Position numbers and translations under genes: made by a program. Below, piece after piece: positions 37,416 to 47,039 of a stretch of 64,000 nt of DNA. Numbering within the stretch: position 1 is the stretch's first letter; each line of letters opens with the position of its first letter. Source of the DNA: an uncultured Ferrimicrobium sp. Lineage in GTDB: Bacteria > Actinomycetota > Acidimicrobiia > Acidimicrobiales > RAAP-2. The stretch is taken from NCBI GenBank assembly GCA_964434455.1, contig CAYSVK010000003.1:240248-304247 (forward strand), in the 5' to 3' direction. The notes beneath the pieces are model-generated. The model was not told where the DNA came from. It searched no databases and was given only the letters and a program-made list of their open reading frames with translations.

Positions 37416-38054
37416 TCAAGCTCCGACGAGCTCGTTGCGCTCCGTGAGGAACTCCCACCACGCGTCAGCGACAACCTTGGCTGCCTCCAGCACGACACCG
37501 TCGTTGGCGCCCAACTCCGCGAGCCCGTTCAGCGTCCATGAGGCGTGCGTCGCCTCGATTCCCCCGTGGACGTCCCAGAACTTCGTGGCCGACTCGGTCG
37601 CACCGTAAAACTCGCGGAGACCTTCGGACTTGGTGGTCGCAATCTCGGCACCCTGCATCTCGTACGCGAGTAGTCCAGCCATCGCCGACTCTGGTCCGCG
37701 ACTTAGGACGTCGCGGTAGGCGTCAACGAGTCGCGCCATCGCCGGCGAGATCGACGCGCGCTGCGCCTCGTAGTGCGACGCGAACTCCTCAAACAGTTCG
37801 AGGTGCGAGGGTGCGCCAACCTCATCGGCCAGGTTGTCGCGCACGGCGTTGCGAGCAGTGCCCTCCGGCAACCGCTCAGCGAGCTCAGCGAGGAAACTCG
37901 GCAAGCACGTCTCGAAGTACCGGTACTGCTCGGCGTACGCGCTGAGCTCGCCGTCTACGAGCGAACCGCTCTCCCACCGTCGATAAAAGGGGTGGTCCAA
38001 GAGGTGACGCCCGTCAAGGGCGGTGTTCATCAACTGCTCGAGGTGTTCGGTCAT
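37416..38054 (-). CDS. CADD/PqqC-like heme-oxygenase-like dimetal oxidase
   Basis: HLLDHPFYRRW, AYAEQY, NLADE...H, AYE, HxxxExxH; TACCGT -10 box 6 nt before ATG. Confidence 0.82.
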   Translation of the reverse strand: MTEHLEQLMNTALDGRHLLDHPFYRRWESGSLVDGELSAYAEQYRYFETCLPSFLAELAERLPEGTARNAVRDNLADEVGAPSHLELFEEFASHYEAQRASISPAMARLVDAYRDVLSRGPESAMAGLLAYEMQGAEIATTKSEGLREFYGATESATKFWDVHGGIEATHASWTLNGLAELGANDGVVLEAAKVVADAWWEFLTERNELVGA

Positions 38055-38132
38055 GCCACGACGGTAATAGATCGGGGGTGGTCAAGGTCGGGAACCCGAA
38101 TAGGTTGGCGCTTCGACCTATGGGGAGGTTCG

Positions 38133-39101
38133 ATGAGGGCGATTGTGGTGCGAGGGACCGGTCCGAGTGCCCGCTTGGAGTTAGCCGACGTGGCCTCGCC
38201 CGCACTTGGCGCGGGTCAAGTTCGCGTGGCCGTGCGCGCCTGTGGCGTGAACTTTCGTGACGTGCACTCCTATGAGGAGTCCGCCGGCGAAGGATCAGCC
38301 AGCATTCCCGGTACCGATTTCTCGGGCGTGGTCACTGAACTCGGTGAGGGCGTCAACGAGTTCGATCTCGGACAACGAGTTTTCGGCGCGGTCCTTGATT
38401 CGGCCTACGCCGACGAAGTCGTCACGGTGCCGACCTTGTTGTTCGCACTGCCGGACTCCATGAGTTTCGCCCAGGGCGCGGCGCTGCCGGTCAGCGGACT
38501 GTCCGCGTCGTACCTCGTAAGTGAGGCCGCACTTTCACCCGGAGAAGTTGGTGTGAGTTACGCCGCCGCTGGGGGGCTCGGCTGCTTCGTGGGCGCGTTG
38601 TGGCACCGTCGCGGCGTTCAGTCGATTGGTCTCGTCTCAACATCGGCCAAGGCCGACGTTGCTCTTGCGATGGGACACAGCGACGTCGTGAACTACAAGA
38701 CCACCGATCCGGTTGAAGAGGTTCGCCGCCTGAGCGGCGGCGGGGCCCACGCCGTCATTGACTCGGTTGGAGGGCCACAGTTCGCCAACAGCTTCAAAAT
38801 GCTGCGCAACGGAGGAACGGTGATTCTGTGCGGGACCTCGGCGGGCGAACCCGACATCGTGCGGGCCGCGGGCGAATTTCTCGGATCGCGGCGCAATCTC
38901 GCGCTGCGCGAGTTTTATCTCGTGACGCACATCTTTGATCACTTCAACGAGGTCGCCGGCCGAGTGTCCGAACTACTCGAACTGTTCACCGTGCACGGAT
39001 TTGACCCGCCCATCGCCGAATTTGAGATGGCCGATTTCCAAAGAGCGCTCGACCTACTGGGCGAGGGTTCGACCGTGGGCAAATTGGTCATCACAACGTG
39101 A
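38133..39101 (+). CDS. Zn-independent quinone oxidoreductase (MDR superfamily)
   Basis: GVNFRD, PGTDFSGVV, AAAGGLG, VIDSVGG, GKLVI; GGGGAGG RBS. Confidence 0.85.
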   Translation: MRAIVVRGTGPSARLELADVASPALGAGQVRVAVRACGVNFRDVHSYEESAGEGSASIPGTDFSGVVTELGEGVNEFDLGQRVFGAVLDSAYADEVVTVPTLLFALPDSMSFAQGAALPVSGLSASYLVSEAALSPGEVGVSYAAAGGLGCFVGALWHRRGVQSIGLVSTSAKADVALAMGHSDVVNYKTTDPVEEVRRLSGGGAHAVIDSVGGPQFANSFKMLRNGGTVILCGTSAGEPDIVRAAGEFLGSRRNLALREFYLVTHIFDHFNEVAGRVSELLELFTVHGFDPPIAEFEMADFQRALDLLGEGSTVGKLVITT

Positions 39102-39105
39102 AACT

Positions 39106-39133
39106 GCCCCCGGTCCCCGAAGGGACCGGGGGC
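39106..39133. terminator. Strong hairpin between convergent genes, likely bidirectional terminator
   Basis: GCCCCCGGTCCC-CGAA-GGGACCGGGGGC, perfect 12-bp stem. Confidence 0.8.
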
Positions 39134-39144
39134 GTTAAAACGCA

Positions 39145-39825
39145 CTACTCGGAGACAGTGACCGTGTCGACCGTTGCTGCCGGCTTCGAACCGCCAAAGA
39201 GGCGCAGGCTGCTCGGCGCGATCTTCTGGTGACCCCAGAAGACGAACCAACTGAGGAACAAGATGTACGCCTGATCGAGCAGGTTCTTAAACGAGTCCAG
39301 CCGCTTCGGGGCGTGATACACGCCCGGCGCGATGATCCCGAACAGCGTCCACAGCATCGTGATTGACACCACGACGAGCACCAGCATCGAGATGAAGCTG
39401 ACGACGGCGACGTAGCTGCGAACTACGCGCTTGGTCGGACTCGAGGGATCGGATTCGCCGTCGGCCAATTCCAGGGCCTTGCGAAAGTGCATCACGTGCA
39501 ACAGTCCGGCCACCAGGGCGATCAACAGACCAACGGTGACGCCGCGGGCAGCCGCGTCGCCGGGCGAGGGCCCGTAGTTCGTGCCGATGAGTCCGATCAG
39601 GCTGCTGATGATGACCACGGAGCCGATGTACGCGGCCCAGAGGAACAAGAACGCGGCGCCGACCAGATAGACGGTGATGGGTCGCTTGCCCGTCGGATCA
39701 GGATCCGCACGGTTGGCGACAACGATGATCAAGTACGTAATCATCGATCCGACACTGCTGACGATCAAGAAGATCACCAGTAGTGACGCCACCCCCGCGA
39801 ATTGAGCGAGTGGGTTGGTGAGCAT
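39145..39825 (-). CDS. Multi-pass membrane protein (DUF5671-like)
   Basis: About 5 TM; RSYVAVVSFISM; GGGAGAG RBS before ATG 39825. Confidence 0.7.
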   Translation of the reverse strand: MLTNPLAQFAGVASLLVIFLIVSSVGSMITYLIIVVANRADPDPTGKRPITVYLVGAAFLFLWAAYIGSVVIISSLIGLIGTNYGPSPGDAAARGVTVGLLIALVAGLLHVMHFRKALELADGESDPSSPTKRVVRSYVAVVSFISMLVLVVVSITMLWTLFGIIAPGVYHAPKRLDSFKNLLDQAYILFLSWFVFWGHQKIAPSSLRLFGGSKPAATVDTVTVSE

Positions 39826-40038
39826 TTCTCTCCCTTCGATCGCAACGGTGCGATCGAAACGGACAGTAATTCGGATAATGCCCAAATTGGTGAATGGTCA
39901 ATTTCAGCGTCATTACCCCGATATGAATTGGAAATCAGTGAGGCTCGTTCATTCGAATTCGCGAGGACGTCGCGACTCATGTGCCGAACGTCAGAATCGA
40001 GCGTTACCCTCAGATCTCTGACTGAAGGAGAGTTCGTC

Positions 40039-40407
40039 ATGGAGTCAATGAAGCTGGGTGCGGTCTCGCTGGACTGTGCCAACGTCCACGAAACCGCCGA
40101 GTTCTACTCCCGACTGACCGGAACACCGATTGGCTTTGAGACCCCGGAGTTCGCGGCGATCCAGATTCCTGGAATGTGGATCGCGTTTCACCACGTCGAC
40201 GGTTATGAATCGCCGAGCTGGCCCGAGAACGATCATCCCAAGCAGATGCACGTCGACTTCGCCGTCGCTGACTTAGATGACGCCGAGGAGTTTGTTCTGC
40301 GCAGCGGCGGCACGAAGGCCGAGCACCAACCCAATCCCGGAGGGTGGCGAGTCTTTCGAGATCCAGCGGGCCACCCGTTTTGCGTGACCGTGCTGATCCC
40401 CAGCTGA
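40039..40407 (+). CDS. VOC/glyoxalase family protein
   Basis: VSLDC, FYSRL, WPENDHPKQMHVDFAV, DPAGHPFC; AAGGAG RBS. Confidence 0.88.
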   Translation: MESMKLGAVSLDCANVHETAEFYSRLTGTPIGFETPEFAAIQIPGMWIAFHHVDGYESPSWPENDHPKQMHVDFAVADLDDAEEFVLRSGGTKAEHQPNPGGWRVFRDPAGHPFCVTVLIPS

Positions 40408-40410
40408 GCT

Positions 40411-40869
40411 TTATCGGCGGTGCGCCAACTCACGATCCAAGGTTTGTGAAACAACTCGGAGATGGGCAAGCTGCACCGCCATGGACCGGACCGCCCGGGG
40501 TTTGTGATAGCGGATCCCGTTGACACACTCCACCCACATGATCTGTTGATCGCGCAAGAAGTCGTGCCACGTTGCACGAACTTTGGCCGTGGGGGGTTTC
40601 GGTTGACTGAGCATCGTCGCGACGTGAGTTCGTCCGCTCATGCACCGCTGCACGATGGTCGCCGTCGACGAATGCCGCGAGATGTGCGAGATCGCGGCGA
40701 AGTCCTGGGCAATCATCACGGCGTCACGCTCTTCGTAGGTCACGATCCAACGGTGCAGAGGCGTGGGGCCAACTTTGGGAGTCGGCCATAGCGCCGCGGC
40801 AACTGACACGCCGATGACCACAACGAGGGCCGCACCAATCAACGCGACACGCGACGCGGCTCGAGCCAT
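40411..40869 (-). CDS. Hypothetical exported/membrane-anchored protein
   Basis: N-terminal TM helix; two cysteines. Confidence 0.6.
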   Translation of the reverse strand: MARAASRVALIGAALVVVIGVSVAAALWPTPKVGPTPLHRWIVTYEERDAVMIAQDFAAISHISRHSSTATIVQRCMSGRTHVATMLSQPKPPTAKVRATWHDFLRDQQIMWVECVNGIRYHKPRAVRSMAVQLAHLRVVSQTLDRELAHRR

Positions 40870-40904
40870 ACCTGAAGTCTGGCTGACCGGGCCGCAGGCG
40901 CCGT

Positions 40905-42260
40905 CTAGGACGTGGACGTCTCGGCGGACTCAGGCGAGATTGTGCTCTTCGGGCCAACGTTCGTCGCTGAGCTCTCGAGAACCAACAGTCCCGCGATGCC
41001 CACAACGATGGCTTGGGGCACCCACACGGGAAGAGTGGAGAGATCCAGTTGGGGCCACCACGTCCACGGGGGAAAGAGAACCGAGGCGACGGCGAACCAA
41101 CCGAGCACTCGCACGCGCAGCTTGCCGAGAACGAAATCTCTGATGACCTGAGCAACAGCGAAAGTCATGAGGTAGTACGAGTACAGATTCACCTCAAACA
41201 AGGTGCGCGCGACGCCGGCCACCGCCAGGACCAAAAGCATTTCGGCGATCGACGCGATCTGTGTGTCGTGAATTCGCCGACGACGAAGTACAACCGTGAC
41301 GATCCCCACGAGCACGATCGGAGTAATTCGCGACACAACAACGAGCGCGTTTCCCGACAAGTGAGTCTCAGAGATCCACGTGTTGAAACTCTGTACCGTG
41401 AATCCCTTGCCCGAGAGGTCGGTCAGAATCCGGCCTGATGTGACAACCCCGAGTGGCACAAGGATCGCCGCGGTGACGACTGCGGCACCTTCAATCAATG
41501 CGCGAAACGATCGACGACGAGACAGCAAGAGCACCGCAACGGCAAACAGAATGGTCGACTGCTGGGTGAGAACCGCGGCCGCGAGCAACGCACCGGCCCA
41601 TCGGAACGACGTTGCGCACATCGCACTGATCGCCCACAACACGAAGCCGAGCGCCAGCACGCATTCGGGGTGAAAGTACTGGGTGAACGACATCGTGACT
41701 GGTGGTGCCACTGCGAGTACCCCCAACGCAACCAGATCCCAGTGGGTGGGCGATCCCCGGACGCGACGCAGTATCGAGAGGGCTCCGGTAGCCATCACTA
41801 ACCAACTGAGCAGACCAGCGTCAAGTAAGAGACGTGTCCCCACAGTCGGATCCGTCAGATTGTGGGTGGCAAACCCGTTTGCGCAGGCGTCCGTTCGGGA
41901 GTTTGGAGAATTCCAGAAGAGTGGACCGGGTCGAACGATTACCGCAATTGGAGAAGTGACCAGTGGGTAGATCGGACCCGCAACCGAGCTGTCGAGACCC
42001 CCCGGGTACATGCACTGGAAGCGGCCGTCAGCGGCGGCGCTCGATGGCAGCAACGTCTCCCACGAATCCAAACGTGACACGCCGCCCATTGATTGCACGA
42101 CTGCGACGAATACGCCAAACGCCAACACCACTCCCACAGCTCGACGTCGAATCGAGAGTGGGCGATTGAGCCACCGCGCCAATGGCCGTTGCCGACGACG
42201 CTGGATCACGCGCCGACAGTAACGAGCCGACTTCGACATCGAGTGCCAGCGCAGGACCAC
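40905..42260 (-). CDS. Polytopic membrane protein, possible GT87-like glycosyltransferase
   Basis: About 10 TM; YPL loop, YFHPECVLALGF, TQQ, FEVNLYSYY; start uncertain. Confidence 0.5.
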   Translation of the reverse strand: MVLRWHSMSKSARYCRRVIQRRRQRPLARWLNRPLSIRRRAVGVVLAFGVFVAVVQSMGGVSRLDSWETLLPSSAAADGRFQCMYPGGLDSSVAGPIYPLVTSPIAVIVRPGPLFWNSPNSRTDACANGFATHNLTDPTVGTRLLLDAGLLSWLVMATGALSILRRVRGSPTHWDLVALGVLAVAPPVTMSFTQYFHPECVLALGFVLWAISAMCATSFRWAGALLAAAVLTQQSTILFAVAVLLLSRRRSFRALIEGAAVVTAAILVPLGVVTSGRILTDLSGKGFTVQSFNTWISETHLSGNALVVVSRITPIVLVGIVTVVLRRRRIHDTQIASIAEMLLVLAVAGVARTLFEVNLYSYYLMTFAVAQVIRDFVLGKLRVRVLGWFAVASVLFPPWTWWPQLDLSTLPVWVPQAIVVGIAGLLVLESSATNVGPKSTISPESAETSTS

Positions 42261-42329
42261 AATTCAGGTCTCCACATTTCGGCAATTGCAGTTCTACGCT
42301 TTGCTAGCCGCCCGAGAATGTGAGGCCTC

Positions 42330-42836
42330 ATGAGTGCTGACAATGTGGCCAGTTGGCCCGTCCCGGACTCTTCAAGCACGGGCCGTACCGCGACGTACGT
42401 GATCTTGGCAGTGATAGCCATCACACTCGCTCTCGGAGGCATCCTCACAGCCACAGTGAGCGACAGCCCGTCGCTGCAGCAAGGTGGCTTCAATTTCGGA
42501 GCGTCCGCCGCATGCAACGCCGACGCAAAGACAATCGAGACCGCCGTCGGTACGTACAACGCTCAATTCACGCCGAGCATCGTGACCGAGCAAGTCGGGA
42601 ATTATGCCGGCCAAATATCACCAGGAAACCCCTCAACGTATTCAACGGGCACCCAAGCGCAGCTGCTCATTGCTAACGGGCTCTTGCGCAGTTGGCCAGG
42701 AGCATCCAACGGATACTCAATGAGTTTGTCGACAACGAAGGCGGGAGACGTAACGGTCTACGTTCCCGCTGACAATCCCGTCGGTACGGACTTCGAATCA
42801 GAAACCAGCACGACGGGTTGCAACGCGCTGTTCTAG
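42330..42836 (+). CDS. Pilin-like exported protein without a class III signal motif
   Basis: TM helix then ACNADAKTIETAVGTYNAQ, LLIANGLLRSWP, terminal Cys. Confidence 0.5.
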   Translation: MSADNVASWPVPDSSSTGRTATYVILAVIAITLALGGILTATVSDSPSLQQGGFNFGASAACNADAKTIETAVGTYNAQFTPSIVTEQVGNYAGQISPGNPSTYSTGTQAQLLIANGLLRSWPGASNGYSMSLSTTKAGDVTVYVPADNPVGTDFESETSTTGCNALF

Positions 42837-42842
42837 ATCAGG

Positions 42843-43985
42843 TCAGCCGAGCAGGCGCTTCGCAATCACGACGCGCTGGACTTGGTTCGTGCCTTCATAA
42901 ATTTGCGTGATCTTGGCATCACGCATGTAACGCTCGACCGGGAATTCTTTGGTGAAGCCGTAGCCGCCAAGGAGCTGCACCGCGTCGGTCGTCACGCTCA
43001 TGGCCGTGTCGCTCGCGAACGACTTCGCCGCCGCGCCGGTGTAGCCGAGCGTGCCGTCCGGGTCGCCGTCGTCGATCATCGAGCAGGCGCGATACACCAG
43101 CGCGCGCGCCGCTTCAGTGCGAATTGCCATATCGGCGAGCATGAAGCGCAGGCCCTGCAGGTTGGCAATCGGCGAGCCGAACGCCTTGCGCTGTTTCATG
43201 TATCCACCCGCGAAGTCAATGGCCGCCTGGGCGATGCCTACCGCTTGAGCGCCAATCGTCGGGCGAGAACGATCGAGCGTATGCATGGCGATCTTGAAAC
43301 CTTCGCCCTCTTCGCCAATGCGATGCGACAACGGCACGCGCACCTCGTTGAGCACGACTTCACCCGTGGGTGATGCCCGCAGACCCATCTTGTTCTCCAA
43401 CTTGGCGATCTCGACGCCCCACTCCTTTTCGACGAGGAACGCCGTGACCCCCTTGGAGCGCTTGGCAGGATCCACGGTGGCAAAGACCGTGTACACGTCT
43501 GAGATACCCGCGTTGGTAATCCAGTACTTCGATCCGCTCAATACGTAGCTGTCGCCGTCACGGACCGCGCGACAGCGCATCGAGGCCACGTCGGAGCCTG
43601 CGTCAGCTTCGGACAAGCAGTAACTCGCTTGAATCTCTCCGCTGGCAATTCGCGGTAGATACGCGCGCTTGAGATCCTCCGAGCCGAAATTCATGACCGG
43701 CAACATCCCGAGCTTCGAGATCAACATCGTGACGGACGTGGACGCGCAACCGCGGGCGATCTCTTCGGTCATGATCGCCTGGGTCACCATGTCCGCGCCG
43801 GCGCCGCCGTACGCCTCAGGAATGCCGAGTGCGGATAGTTCCAATTCGCGACAAGCGTTGAAACTGTCCCAGGGGTAACTCTGCTCGTCGTCGTATCGCG
43901 CGGCGTGAGGCGCAATCTTCTCGTCGACGAATCCGCGCATCATGTCGCGGAACGCCCGCTGTTCAGCGGTGAGGTCGAAGCTCAT
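42843..43985 (-). CDS. Acyl-CoA dehydrogenase (short/branched-chain type)
   Basis: YCLSEADAGSD, GSKYWITN, KMGLRASPT, RYMRDAKITQIYEGTNQ; start ATG 43985. Confidence 0.92.
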   Translation of the reverse strand: MSFDLTAEQRAFRDMMRGFVDEKIAPHAARYDDEQSYPWDSFNACRELELSALGIPEAYGGAGADMVTQAIMTEEIARGCASTSVTMLISKLGMLPVMNFGSEDLKRAYLPRIASGEIQASYCLSEADAGSDVASMRCRAVRDGDSYVLSGSKYWITNAGISDVYTVFATVDPAKRSKGVTAFLVEKEWGVEIAKLENKMGLRASPTGEVVLNEVRVPLSHRIGEEGEGFKIAMHTLDRSRPTIGAQAVGIAQAAIDFAGGYMKQRKAFGSPIANLQGLRFMLADMAIRTEAARALVYRACSMIDDGDPDGTLGYTGAAAKSFASDTAMSVTTDAVQLLGGYGFTKEFPVERYMRDAKITQIYEGTNQVQRVVIAKRLLG

Positions 43986-43989
43986 TGAA

Positions 43990-44484
43990 CTATCGGTGAA
44001 AGTGGCGCAACGCCACGACGGACCCCGGCGTTTGGGCCAAAACCTCGTGGTCAACACCGTCGATAAAGGCGCGCTGCGCGACGTAACTGTGAGCCAGTCC
44101 GGCAAATCGTTGACGGCGGTCGGCGATGACATCGTCGGTCGGAGTGGCGCGAAGTTCAAAGAGATCCATGGCGACTTCCACGTCGCTCAGAGTCGGTCCG
44201 CGACCGTTACGTCCGGCTCGCGTGGCCGCGAGCAGAGCAATGCCCATCTCCAAGTCGTGGAGCGATTCGCCGGTTGACAGGGTTACGCCATGTAGCGAGC
44301 GCGCGGCCAACGTGAGCGCGTACCCGGCGTCCGGCCCCGGCGTTCCGCGGCTCGAACCCGTGGTTCGCCCGGGCCGACCAAGCAGTCCCGCCTTCTTCTT
44401 GCGACCAATTTCCGGCGTCGGGGTGCGCATGGTGGGTCGAACCATCGCTGAATCGGTCACCGGGACGAAGGAGGGTTGGGCCAC
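43990..44484 (-). CDS. Conserved hypothetical protein
   Basis: Operonic between ilvE and the acyl-CoA dehydrogenase; PGPDAGYAL motif. Confidence 0.6.
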   Translation of the reverse strand: MAQPSFVPVTDSAMVRPTMRTPTPEIGRKKKAGLLGRPGRTTGSSRGTPGPDAGYALTLAARSLHGVTLSTGESLHDLEMGIALLAATRAGRNGRGPTLSDVEVAMDLFELRATPTDDVIADRRQRFAGLAHSYVAQRAFIDGVDHEVLAQTPGSVVALRHFHR

Positions 44485-44522
44485 GAGAGAAATTTAGTTC
44501 GGCGGCACCGCCGACAATTTCG

Positions 44523-45449
44523 TTAGACGTGCGTCAACCAGTGCGCGAACTCGGGCACGTCGCCGCGCACCACGTCGTGATAACTCGAGCGAATCTTGTT
44601 CGTAATCGGTCCAGGACGTCCCGTGCCAATGGCGCGGTCATCTACCGACTGAATTGGCACAATCTCGACAGCCGTGCCAGTTAAGAACGCTTCATCCGCG
44701 GTGTAGAGGTCGGTACGCACCATGGCGTCGAAGCGAACTTTGTAACCGAGCGAACAGGCGATTTTGACGACGGAGTCCTGCGTCACTCCCGGCAATGCAC
44801 CGGCTTCTGACGGGGGCGGGGTGATGATCGTGCCGTCGCGCACAATGAACAGGTTCTCGCCTGAGCCTTCTGACACCTGTCCTTCAGGTCCGAGCATGAT
44901 CGCCTCGTCGTAGCCCGACTTAATCGCTTCGATCTTGGCCAAGCCGCTGTTGAGGTACATCCCGGTGGCCTTCGCCGCTGTCGGCATGGCGTTGGGATCG
45001 TGGCGGCGCCACGAAGAGATCTTGAGCCGCGCCCCTTCGGTCTCGGCCTTGGCACCGAGGTAACTCCCCCACGGCCAGGTCGCGATCGCCACGTTGACCG
45101 GGGCGGGTAGCGGATTCACGCCCATCTCGCCGTAGCCGAGAAAGACAATTGGGCGCAAATAGCAGCCGTCAGTGTGCTCATTTACTCGCACGATCTCGGT
45201 CGCGGCGTCAATGAGCTCATCGAGCGAGAACGGAATGTCGATCATGATAATCTTGCAGCTGTTAACGAGCCGACGCATGTGCTCTTTGAGCCGGAAGATC
45301 CCGACACCCTGCTTTGTGGGGTACGCCCGGATCCCCTCGAACGCCCCGGTGCCGTAGTGCAGGCCGTGGCTGAGCACGTGGATCTGCGCCTTGTCCCAAT
45401 CGACCAGCTCGCCGTCCATCCAGATCTTTGAGGTGGGGGTAATGGGCAT
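44523..45449 (-). CDS. ilvE: Branched-chain amino acid aminotransferase
   Basis: LHYGTGAFEGIRAY, AKATGMY, EGSGENLF, LPGVTQ, DEAFLTGTAVEI. Confidence 0.95.
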   Translation of the reverse strand: MPITPTSKIWMDGELVDWDKAQIHVLSHGLHYGTGAFEGIRAYPTKQGVGIFRLKEHMRRLVNSCKIIMIDIPFSLDELIDAATEIVRVNEHTDGCYLRPIVFLGYGEMGVNPLPAPVNVAIATWPWGSYLGAKAETEGARLKISSWRRHDPNAMPTAAKATGMYLNSGLAKIEAIKSGYDEAIMLGPEGQVSEGSGENLFIVRDGTIITPPPSEAGALPGVTQDSVVKIACSLGYKVRFDAMVRTDLYTADEAFLTGTAVEIVPIQSVDDRAIGTGRPGPITNKIRSSYHDVVRGDVPEFAHWLTHV

Positions 45450-46460
45450 CTACATCCTTTGCTTCAGCTGCTCCACGGTACGCGTCAGAGTCTCAAACGG
45501 CGTCCGCGCGCAGTCTTGCACCGCGAGGCTCACGCGGCGCGCGACGTCGAGCTGACCGAGGTGCTCAAGCATCAGCGCCCCGGAGGCCACCGCAGCCAGT
45601 GGATTGGCGCGCCCCGTACCGACGATGTCGTGAGCGGCGCCATGCACGGGCTCAAACAAAGAGGGTCCGGTGCGGGCGGGGTTGAGGTTCGCACTCGCCG
45701 CGAGTCCAATGCCGCCACAGACTGCACCCGCCAGATCGCTCAGGATGTCGCCGAAAAGATTGTCGGTAACGAGCACGCCGTACTGCTGGGGGCGCTCGAC
45801 CAAATGGATGCAGGCAGCGTCGACGTGGTGATAGTTGACGGTCACTGTCGGAAAGTCGCGGGCGACGTCGGTCACGACGCGCTGCCACAATGCTCCGGCG
45901 TAGATGAGGACGTTGGTCTTGTGAACCCAGGTGAGTCGAGGTTCATTGAGCTGTGCCGCACGCTCGAACGCGAATCGAACGCACCGCTCCACGCCGAATC
46001 GAGTATTCACCGATCCCTGGGTGGCAACTTCGTGCGCCGTGCCCACTCGCAGAACTCCGCCTTCGCCGGCGTAGGGACCTTCGGTGTTCTCGCGCACGAT
46101 GTCAAAGACCGCGCCATCACCAATCGATCCCGGCGCCGCGACAAAGGGACGAAGATTGATGTACAGATCGAGTTCAAATCGGAGACGAAGTAGTAGTCCG
46201 CGCTCGAGCAGCCCGCCGGGCAAGCGCGTGTCGCCGAGAGCCGGTCCGATGGCGCCAAGAAAGATCGCGTCTGATGCGCGAAGCGTGGCCATTGATGAGT
46301 CATCGAGAACGGTGCCGTCGCGCAACCAACGGTCTGCGCCGAGATCGAGGTCAATCGTTGCGTAGCTCGCACCAGCCGCGCTCAGCACGTCGAGCGCGGC
46401 ATCAATGATTTCTGGACCAATGCCGTCGCCGCGAATAACGGCAATCACCGGCGTGGACAT
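45450..46460 (-). CDS. leuB: 3-isopropylmalate dehydrogenase
   Basis: GDGIGPEI, VRENTEG, NLFGDILSD, EPVHGAAHDI; start ATG 46460 with CACAAT -10 box 6 nt upstream. Confidence 0.92.
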   Translation of the reverse strand: MSTPVIAVIRGDGIGPEIIDAALDVLSAAGASYATIDLDLGADRWLRDGTVLDDSSMATLRASDAIFLGAIGPALGDTRLPGGLLERGLLLRLRFELDLYINLRPFVAAPGSIGDGAVFDIVRENTEGPYAGEGGVLRVGTAHEVATQGSVNTRFGVERCVRFAFERAAQLNEPRLTWVHKTNVLIYAGALWQRVVTDVARDFPTVTVNYHHVDAACIHLVERPQQYGVLVTDNLFGDILSDLAGAVCGGIGLAASANLNPARTGPSLFEPVHGAAHDIVGTGRANPLAAVASGALMLEHLGQLDVARRVSLAVQDCARTPFETLTRTVEQLKQRM

Positions 46461-46555
46461 CGCTCCATTGTGCCAGCGATCGGCGTTCTCTCCTCGACGA
46501 AGGCTCAAAGTGAGCCCGCCCTAGAATTGACATTCACACGAATCGGAGTTGGGAC

Positions 46556-47032
46556 GTGTCCGTCGATCTGCACCGCATTACTCGCGAGACCCTCGAGAAG
46601 ATCAAGCACGAATTCGAGCACTTGACGACGGTCGGGCGCGCAGAGATCGCTCGAGTCATCGAGGCCGCTCGCATGCTTGGTGACCTCAGCGAGAACGGCG
46701 ACTACCACGCCGCCAAAGACGATCAAGGCAAGATGGAGGCTCGGATCCGTCACCTCGATTCGATCATTCGCAACCACGAAATTGTCGAGAAGGACCACGC
46801 CGCCAACGAGGTGGTGCACGCGTCCGTCGTCACGGTGGTCTACGAGGGTGACACTGAGGACGACGCGCAGGAGTTCTTCATCGGCTCGATTGAGGAAAAG
46901 CCCGATGGAGTTCTCGTGGCTTCGCCGAGTTCTCCACTCGGTGCCGCCCTACTCGGCCACAAAGTCGGCGACATCGTGAGCTACGACGCGCCCTCAGGAA
47001 CGTTGCGCGTCACCATCGTCGCACTGCGCTAG
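46556..47032 (+). CDS. greA: Transcription elongation factor GreA
   Basis: [25 protein letters not shown]. Confidence 0.93.
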   Translation: MSVDLHRITRETLEKIKHEFEHLTTVGRAEIARVIEAARMLGDLSENGDYHAAKDDQGKMEARIRHLDSIIRNHEIVEKDHAANEVVHASVVTVVYEGDTEDDAQEFFIGSIEEKPDGVLVASPSSPLGAALLGHKVGDIVSYDAPSGTLRVTIVALR

Positions 47033-47039
47033 GCGCGCT

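Noticed and set aside
38067-38125. Small hairpins (TCGGG-AA-CCCGA; ATAGGTTG...CGACCTAT) as a folate-related riboswitch for the CADD-like gene
   Set aside because: The CADD-like gene appears leaderless, so these lie outside its mRNA; no THF or ZTP consensus; stems are short
44499-44514. Hairpin TCGGCG-GCAC-CGCCGA after ilvE as a terminator
   Set aside because: Short stem with no clear U-tract, and the downstream gene on the same strand starts about 15 nt later
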